Origin: a virus | Taxonomy: Duplodnaviria > Caudoviricetes | Virus record (IMG/VR): IMGVR_UViG_3300033487_000009 | Coordinates: 1 to 48,382 of that record | Reading direction: 5' to 3' (one strand) | DNA: 48,382 nucleotides | Shown: positions 44,061 to 48,382 of the stretch, piece by piece | How the letters are laid out: each line of letters begins with the position of its first letter | Numbering within the stretch: the stretch's first letter is position 1 | Notes under the pieces: model-generated | Databases searched by the model: none | Told to the model about the DNA's origin: nothing | The model's input: only the letters and a program-made list of their open reading frames with translations | Position numbers and translations under genes: made by a program

Positions 44061-44330
44061 ATGATGACAAATGACACTTTGAAAGCGCAATGTCGAAAGA
44101 TATTCGACAATTATAAGAGAAAACTCGATGCGACAACGGATTGGTATTCAATCACATTAAACACTTTATTCCTCAACTATCGTGACGGCTATCTGTCCAA
44201 TGATGAATATGAGAATGAATGCGCTATGTTGGTTGCACGTTATCATGATAAACAAGACCGTCTTATCTTGGATTGCTCGTCTTATATCACCAATTTGATT
44301 AACGAGTCCAAGGAAACCACGAAGGAATAA
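44061..44330 (+). CDS. Hypothetical early protein
   Basis: TAAGGAGGT RBS before MMTNDTLK. Confidence 0.65.
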   Translation: MMTNDTLKAQCRKIFDNYKRKLDATTDWYSITLNTLFLNYRDGYLSNDEYENECAMLVARYHDKQDRLILDCSSYITNLINESKETTKE

Positions 44331-44416
44331 TATGTTCCGCCTAATCCTAATCGTCTGCTGGTATTACGCAATCTCTGTTGTTCTGGATGTCATTACATCC
44401 GTATGGGGGAATTGAA

Positions 44417-44599
44417 ATGAACAGACTACTCGGTTACAACCATATGTGCGATGTGTGGTCCTATGAAGACAAGGGAAAGGTGCGTTACTGGATAACCGTG
44501 GGAGAAACCACTTATATCTGTGACACATTCAAGAGAATGCTCAGGTTGTTTGTTATTCTTGCCAGCCTTATTAACGATGGGCTGATTAAGGAGTTGTAG
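44417..44599 (+). CDS. Hypothetical early protein
   Basis: GGGGGA upstream of MNRLLGYN. Confidence 0.5.
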   Translation: MNRLLGYNHMCDVWSYEDKGKVRYWITVGETTYICDTFKRMLRLFVILASLINDGLIKEL

Positions 44600-44600
44600 G

Positions 44601-44762
44601 ATGATGAAACGTGCTTTGAGAGACATTGACACCGGAAAGGTCTACACAATCGAAGAAGGGGAGTTCATCCATTCCGACATGCTTGAAAGACTAAAAGGTC
44701 TTGGGGTTAAGCATGTGGAAAGAGGCTTTGTTGATGATGATGGGGTTTTCTATAAAGTTTAA
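44601..44762 (+). CDS. Small protein (53 aa), paralogue of 44778-45008
   Basis: Hand-translated MMKRALRDIDTGKVY...IHSDMLERL...RGFVDDDGVF; AAGGAG RBS. Confidence 0.65.
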   Translation: MMKRALRDIDTGKVYTIEEGEFIHSDMLERLKGLGVKHVERGFVDDDGVFYKV

Positions 44763-44777
44763 GGGAGGGAATAAGAG

Positions 44778-45008
44778 ATGAAGATCGCATTACAGGACAA
44801 GAAATCTGGTATGATTTTTAAGGCGTGGCCTAAAGAGATCAGACACACAGACATGATAAACAGGTTGTTTGCCAATGGAATCCGTGACATTATACAGGGT
44901 TATATCCGTCCGGATGGATCATTCATAACAGCAGACGATTACATGAAATTGTTGTGCCAACAGGAGGAGGAAGAAAATGAACAAAAAACAGTTCAAGAAG
45001 ATGAATAA
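44778..45008 (+). CDS. Small protein, paralogue of 44601-44762
   Basis: MKIALQDKKSGMIF...RHTDMINRL...QGYIRPDGSF. Confidence 0.65.
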   Translation: MKIALQDKKSGMIFKAWPKEIRHTDMINRLFANGIRDIIQGYIRPDGSFITADDYMKLLCQQEEEENEQKTVQEDE

Positions 45009-45384
45009 AGCGTGTAAGGATGCGTGGATGGAAATCGCAGAAAAGGATCTCCACCAAAAACCAAAATACCTATCCGCCTTCACTGACTACTGCCCAGCGT
45101 GTTCGATAGCACGATTGGCAAATCGAGAGGCCGGGGGACCTCAATGTAATTTCTGTCCGGCTGATAGATGGAGGGAAGGGATACGATGCTTTGGGAACTT
45201 GTATGGGGAGTGGGTCGATATATTGAGGATTGGCTGTTTAGATGAGATGAGACGATGTTTAGCTACGCAAATAGCAAAACTAAAATGGACATATCTCCCC
45301 ATTTATAAGAAAATCCCAAAGGAAAACATAGATAAAATTCTGTGTCAATATGAGGAATTAAGAAAACTCACAACAGGAGGCTAA
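44977..45384 (+). CDS. Cys-rich hypothetical protein
   Basis: YCPAC...CNFCP...C; AGGAGG RBS. Confidence 0.65.
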   Translation: MNKKQFKKMNKACKDAWMEIAEKDLHQKPKYLSAFTDYCPACSIARLANREAGGPQCNFCPADRWREGIRCFGNLYGEWVDILRIGCLDEMRRCLATQIAKLKWTYLPIYKKIPKENIDKILCQYEELRKLTTGG

Positions 45385-45386
45385 AA

Positions 45387-45599
45387 ATGGCAATCATGAA
45401 ACTTGACATATCGAAAAAAGATGATCCGGGATATCATTCCTTCGTCATGGTGTCCTTTGATGGAGGTAAAGGCACGATAGCTCGTGGAGATAGCCGGATA
45501 CATTCTGCAAATGTAATCTTGACGGATCGGGATGGAAACCGGTACAAAGCCATCAGCGATTCCACTGTTTATCCCATGAACGGAAAGGAGGAATTTTAA
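45387..45599 (+). CDS. Hypothetical protein
   Basis: AGGAGG RBS. Confidence 0.6.
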   Translation: MAIMKLDISKKDDPGYHSFVMVSFDGGKGTIARGDSRIHSANVILTDRDGNRYKAISDSTVYPMNGKEEF

Positions 45600-45823
45600 T
45601 GCCTATCGACTATAAAGACACGGATCGGGATTTGATCAATGCCCTGACGGACGTAAAGGATTGTTATCTGAAAATGATCCATGACCTGCAACGTGATAAC
45701 CAGAATCTCCGGGAAGAGAACGACAATAACCGGCTTGAGGTCATCCGTTTGACGGAGGATCTGGCAAAGGTTCAGGCATGGACGGAGAATAGGGAACGGA
45801 ATCAATCCACAAGACGAACATAA
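45599..45823 (+). CDS. Coiled-coil hypothetical protein
   Basis: TAATG coupling; AGGAGG RBS. Confidence 0.6.
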   Translation: MPIDYKDTDRDLINALTDVKDCYLKMIHDLQRDNQNLREENDNNRLEVIRLTEDLAKVQAWTENRERNQSTRRT

Positions 45824-45949
45824 CCCGTATGTATTATTGAGGGGGAGTTTTGGTCCGTTGTCGGCCCTTGAAAAATAAGAGGATTTTCTAATTTTTCTCT
45901 CAATTCTGGTCCTATGTGCGGAGAAATAATTAATCTATTGTAATAATTA

Positions 45950-46351
45950 CTATTTGAAATAGTCCTTAAAACTGTGATCTAATATATCTTTTATAAAATC
46001 TACCGCCTCTCCTCGTTGCTCCATATTTAATGGTATAGCGATATCATTCCGCATCCGTTGTGTTTTTAATAAATAATTCATCGTACATGGTTCTTGGCAA
46101 TACGCCCGCATATTCTTCAAAACATCTTCATCCCATCTTTGCAGGGGCAATATATTATTAGGAACATTCTCTATTTTCCCCCCTTCTCTCCATAAATTGT
46201 AAAATATTCTGAACACCTTATCCATTTTCGCTTCTGGTAAACATTCATACAGTTCGTCAAATTTAGACATTCTAAGTTTATGAAATTCCATAAAACATCC
46301 AACTATAAAAAAGAACAAAAATATTATAATAAATAATAATATTGAAATCAT
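45950..46351 (-). CDS. Hypothetical protein with N-terminal TM helix
   Basis: AT-rich ORF, last gene of the minus block. Confidence 0.5.
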   Translation of the reverse strand: MISILLFIIIFLFFFIVGCFMEFHKLRMSKFDELYECLPEAKMDKVFRIFYNLWREGGKIENVPNNILPLQRWDEDVLKNMRAYCQEPCTMNYLLKTQRMRNDIAIPLNMEQRGEAVDFIKDILDHSFKDYFK

Positions 46352-46645
46352 ATCATTCCCCCTTCCATTTTCCTAAAATAGGCCATGGTGCCGAATTGAG
46401 GTGTTTTTAGACCTAAATAACTATTATGTTGTATCTTAACCATTACTTATCCATGGTGCCTTTTATGTGCTCAACATAACCAAGTTTTCTTGATGGAAAA
46501 ACCGATAACTCTTTATTAACGAGGACTTATATGGCGAGCTCTTCTTCCGGCTGTCTGATGTTTGCGTAGCATCTCTATTGGTTAAAATTTTCCGGTTAAT
46601 CTACGTCTGACAATATATCGCCAATGCCTCGTATAAACCATTACC

Positions 46646-46921
46646 CTAAAATGGCACATCGTCCGATTGAACGGGTTCCTTTTTACCGGATTGCAAACCC
46701 TGAAGGATTTGCGATAACACAGAAATGGCCGTCTGAGTATTGCCTAATTTGACGCTGACGGGAGCTGTCTTTTCAACCTGCGCTTTGCCGAATTTACGGG
46801 TACAAAACGATGGCTTAAAGTTTCCTTCCTTGTCCATCCGGCCTTGAATAAGGTCAACCCCGTATTGTTCGCTAATCTGAAGTTGCACGGATACATATTC
46901 ATCAATCTTGAATACTTTCAT
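46646..46921 (-). CDS. Putative ssDNA-binding protein (PC4/whirly-like) with SSB-type acidic tail
   Basis: Short beta-rich body plus helix, ending SDDVPF; AGGAGG RBS before MKVFKID. Confidence 0.55.
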   Translation of the reverse strand: MKVFKIDEYVSVQLQISEQYGVDLIQGRMDKEGNFKPSFCTRKFGKAQVEKTAPVSVKLGNTQTAISVLSQILQGLQSGKKEPVQSDDVPF

Positions 46922-47180
46922 TATTTTCCTCCTTTTGTTTTTCAAACCATTCTATCGCTGCATCCCTAAGTTTTCCAGTGGTGTCGAGAATTAGTTCTAT
47001 AATGTCAGCATCATGTAAACATTCACTATAAAATACAAAATAGTCCTCCCTTGCTATCATCACCTTCAACACTTCGCGAGGATCGGCCTTATAGTCGGGA
47101 ATAGGAGGATGTACCATTCTTTCTGTAGTCCAATATTCATCAACTCCTGCCAACTCTGCAAAACGTTTATTTTTATCCAT
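46902..47180 (-). CDS. Hypothetical protein, paralogue of 7517-7825
   Basis: MDKNKRFAELAG...PDYKADPREVLKVM...LRDAAIEW. Confidence 0.7.
   Translation of the reverse strand: MDKNKRFAELAGVDEYWTTERMVHPPIPDYKADPREVLKVMIAREDYFVFYSECLHDADIIELILDTTGKLRDAAIEWFEKQKEENNESIQD
46990..47096 (-). repeat. 107-bp perfect inverted repeat, copy B
   Basis: Reverse complement of 7640-7746. Confidence 0.9.
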
Positions 47181-47181
47181 T

Positions 47182-47349
47182 TCACCGATCCTTTCCTTGA
47201 CCACCATCTTTGGTGATGGCGTCTTTCACCAAATACATATCAATCTGCCACTTAAGAGATTCTATTTCCCATTCCATCAATTCAATACTACGTTCCTTTA
47301 ACTCAATCCTGCGCTTCAGTTCATCAACCCCTGTATGTGTTGTTTCCAT
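47182..47349 (-). CDS. Small coiled-coil protein (55 aa)
   Basis: Hand-translated METTHTGVDELKRRIELKERSIELMEWEI...; TAATG coupling to the methylase gene. Confidence 0.5.
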   Translation of the reverse strand: METTHTGVDELKRRIELKERSIELMEWEIESLKWQIDMYLVKDAITKDGGQGKDR

Positions 47350-47987
47350 TATTCAAACTCCAATTTATGTTGTTTTTGATGACGTTCAAGTCGTTCTTTC
47401 CCGGCCCTAAAGTAATCTTCATCAATTTCGTAAAGGTCAAGATCAAATCCTAAAATGTCACAAGCTATGGCAATGCTCATTGAGCCTCCATGCGTATCCA
47501 GAATCGTATCTCCAAACTTGGCGTAATGCGTAAGTAACCATTCATAAAGGGAAACAGGCTTTTGTGTGGGGTGGATTCTTGAATCAATCCCTATATTTTT
47601 AATATTCATTTTTCCGTTTTGAACATTCCCGCTCCACTGATAATTAAAAATCGAAATCCGTTTTTGCATAGAACAATAAGCAATTTCGCATTGAGAGAAG
47701 GTCTTTTCATAAATTGGAGTTAAGAGTTTATTCCATACAATCCTCCCACCATTGGGGATGAACGGATTTAAATAGTTTTCCCCCCATATAATTTGATTTC
47801 GGGAAACTCTAAAAAGTTGCGTAAAGTATTCTTTCTCCGGTATTTCTTCATTCCATTCAATCAAGCCAAACAAATTATTTTTAATGTGGCCTATCCCATA
47901 CGGCGGATCACAGATTGCAATGTCATATTGCTTATCCTTCATCCGTCGCATTGCTGGCAAACAGTCTTCGTTAAAAAGATTAATCAT
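47349..47987 (-). CDS. DNA N6-adenine/N4-cytosine methyltransferase (beta class, orphan)
   Basis: DCL...YDIAICDPPY, HPTQKP, ILDTHGGSMS, YEIDEDY; probable start MINLFNEDC at 47987. Confidence 0.9.
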   Translation of the reverse strand: MINLFNEDCLPAMRRMKDKQYDIAICDPPYGIGHIKNNLFGLIEWNEEIPEKEYFTQLFRVSRNQIIWGENYLNPFIPNGGRIVWNKLLTPIYEKTFSQCEIAYCSMQKRISIFNYQWSGNVQNGKMNIKNIGIDSRIHPTQKPVSLYEWLLTHYAKFGDTILDTHGGSMSIAIACDILGFDLDLYEIDEDYFRAGKERLERHQKQHKLEFE

Positions 47988-48103
47988 GTTATTTAACTTC
48001 CTTTGCCATTCCGATGTCAATCATTTCCTGTGCAATATCTTTACGATACCAAAACGTTCTTCCCTTAGCAAATCCTTGAATAAAATGTATTCTCATGCTA
48101 TTC

Positions 48104-48244
48104 TTATGTCTTTCCGATGAGTTCCTGGATTCTGGATAGGTTTCTTGCTCGTTCCTCTTCGGAAATAATGGGTACAGGTTCGGGATTGTATTCTTTTGAT
48201 ATCCGAGGTCCTCCATAACCGACATTTCTTCCCTCTCTTCCCGT
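48104..48244 (-). CDS. Replication initiator, 3' part (continuation of 621->1)
   Basis: The frame runs through the junction to TAA at 48104-48106; 621+141 = 762 nt. Confidence 0.75.
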   Translation of the reverse strand, partial: TGREGRNVGYGGPRISKEYNPEPVPIISEEERARNLSRIQELIGKT

Positions 48245-48370
48245 TTTTTCAAAAGACGTTGCTGTGCCTCGTAGATTTCCTGATCCATTTAATGGGAATA
48301 CCCCCTTCCAATTATTTTCGATGGATTGTTCCAGAATTTTATTAGGGTCCTGACCATCTTCACGAAAATG
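48245..48370. repeat. Terminal direct repeat, copy 2
   Basis: Identical to 1-126. Confidence 0.95.
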
Positions 48371-48382
48371 ATTGGAAGGGGG

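Noticed and set aside
46407-46434. Second dif-like site (…CCTAA ATAACTA TTATGTTGTAT)
   Set aside because: Poor arm matches and wrong spacer length; likely chance in AT-rich DNA.
47989-48288. 99-aa ORF from the track
   Set aside because: Its 5' two-thirds overlap the initiator C-terminus in another frame. At most a 35-aa ORF from 48096 is plausible.
48371-48382. Last 12 nt (ATTGGAAGGGGG) do not continue the terminal repeat; possible hairpin telomere or att junction
   Set aside because: They are the reverse complement of the nearby CCCCCTTCCAAT, joined through CGAAAAT microhomology. This is most simply a fold-back read chimera at the contig tip.
1-48382. Stop-codon reassignment, integrase/repressor module, CRISPR array, introns/inteins
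   Set aside because: Core genes are full length in the standard code, and no such motifs were recognised by eye. A profile search could still reveal divergent members.

Overview
This window is an essentially complete, circularly permuted ~48.2-kb genome of a tailed dsDNA phage, probably podovirus-like. Bases 1-126 are repeated at 48245-48370, so the circle is 48,244 bp, and a replication-initiator gene is split across the junction. There are four strand blocks. (1) Minus strand, 4041->1/48244->45950: HNH/NinG-like nuclease, HEXXH protein, metallophosphoesterase, initiator with an internal 11-bp-periodic iteron array, DNA methyltransferase and an SSB-like protein. (2) Plus strand, 4163-14030: many small genes, a RecE/RecT recombination pair, an ASCH protein, an LAS-type Zn peptidase and a tandem cluster of four tRNA-shaped non-coding elements. 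(3) Minus strand, 42.5 kb->14035: TerS-like, TerL, portal, scaffold, cement, major capsid, adaptor, nozzle, internal/ejection proteins, tail fibre, and a lysis cassette containing an outer-membrane beta-barrel gene. (4) Plus strand, 43033-45823: small genes behind a sigma54-type promoter with IHF sites. No integrase, repressor, DNA polymerase, reverse transcriptase or CRISPR array was recognised. The most notable observations are a dif-like XerC/XerD site clustered with IHF sites, DnaA boxes and a G/C-skew flip at ~41.7 kb; the tRNA-like array at 6265-6708; a perfect 107-bp inverted repeat between two paralogous genes (7640-7746 and 46990-47096); and a TerL Walker A that lacks the GKT lysine. 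The host is inferred to be Gram-negative, possibly Desulfobacterota-like. All protein calls come from motif recognition by eye, without database searches.
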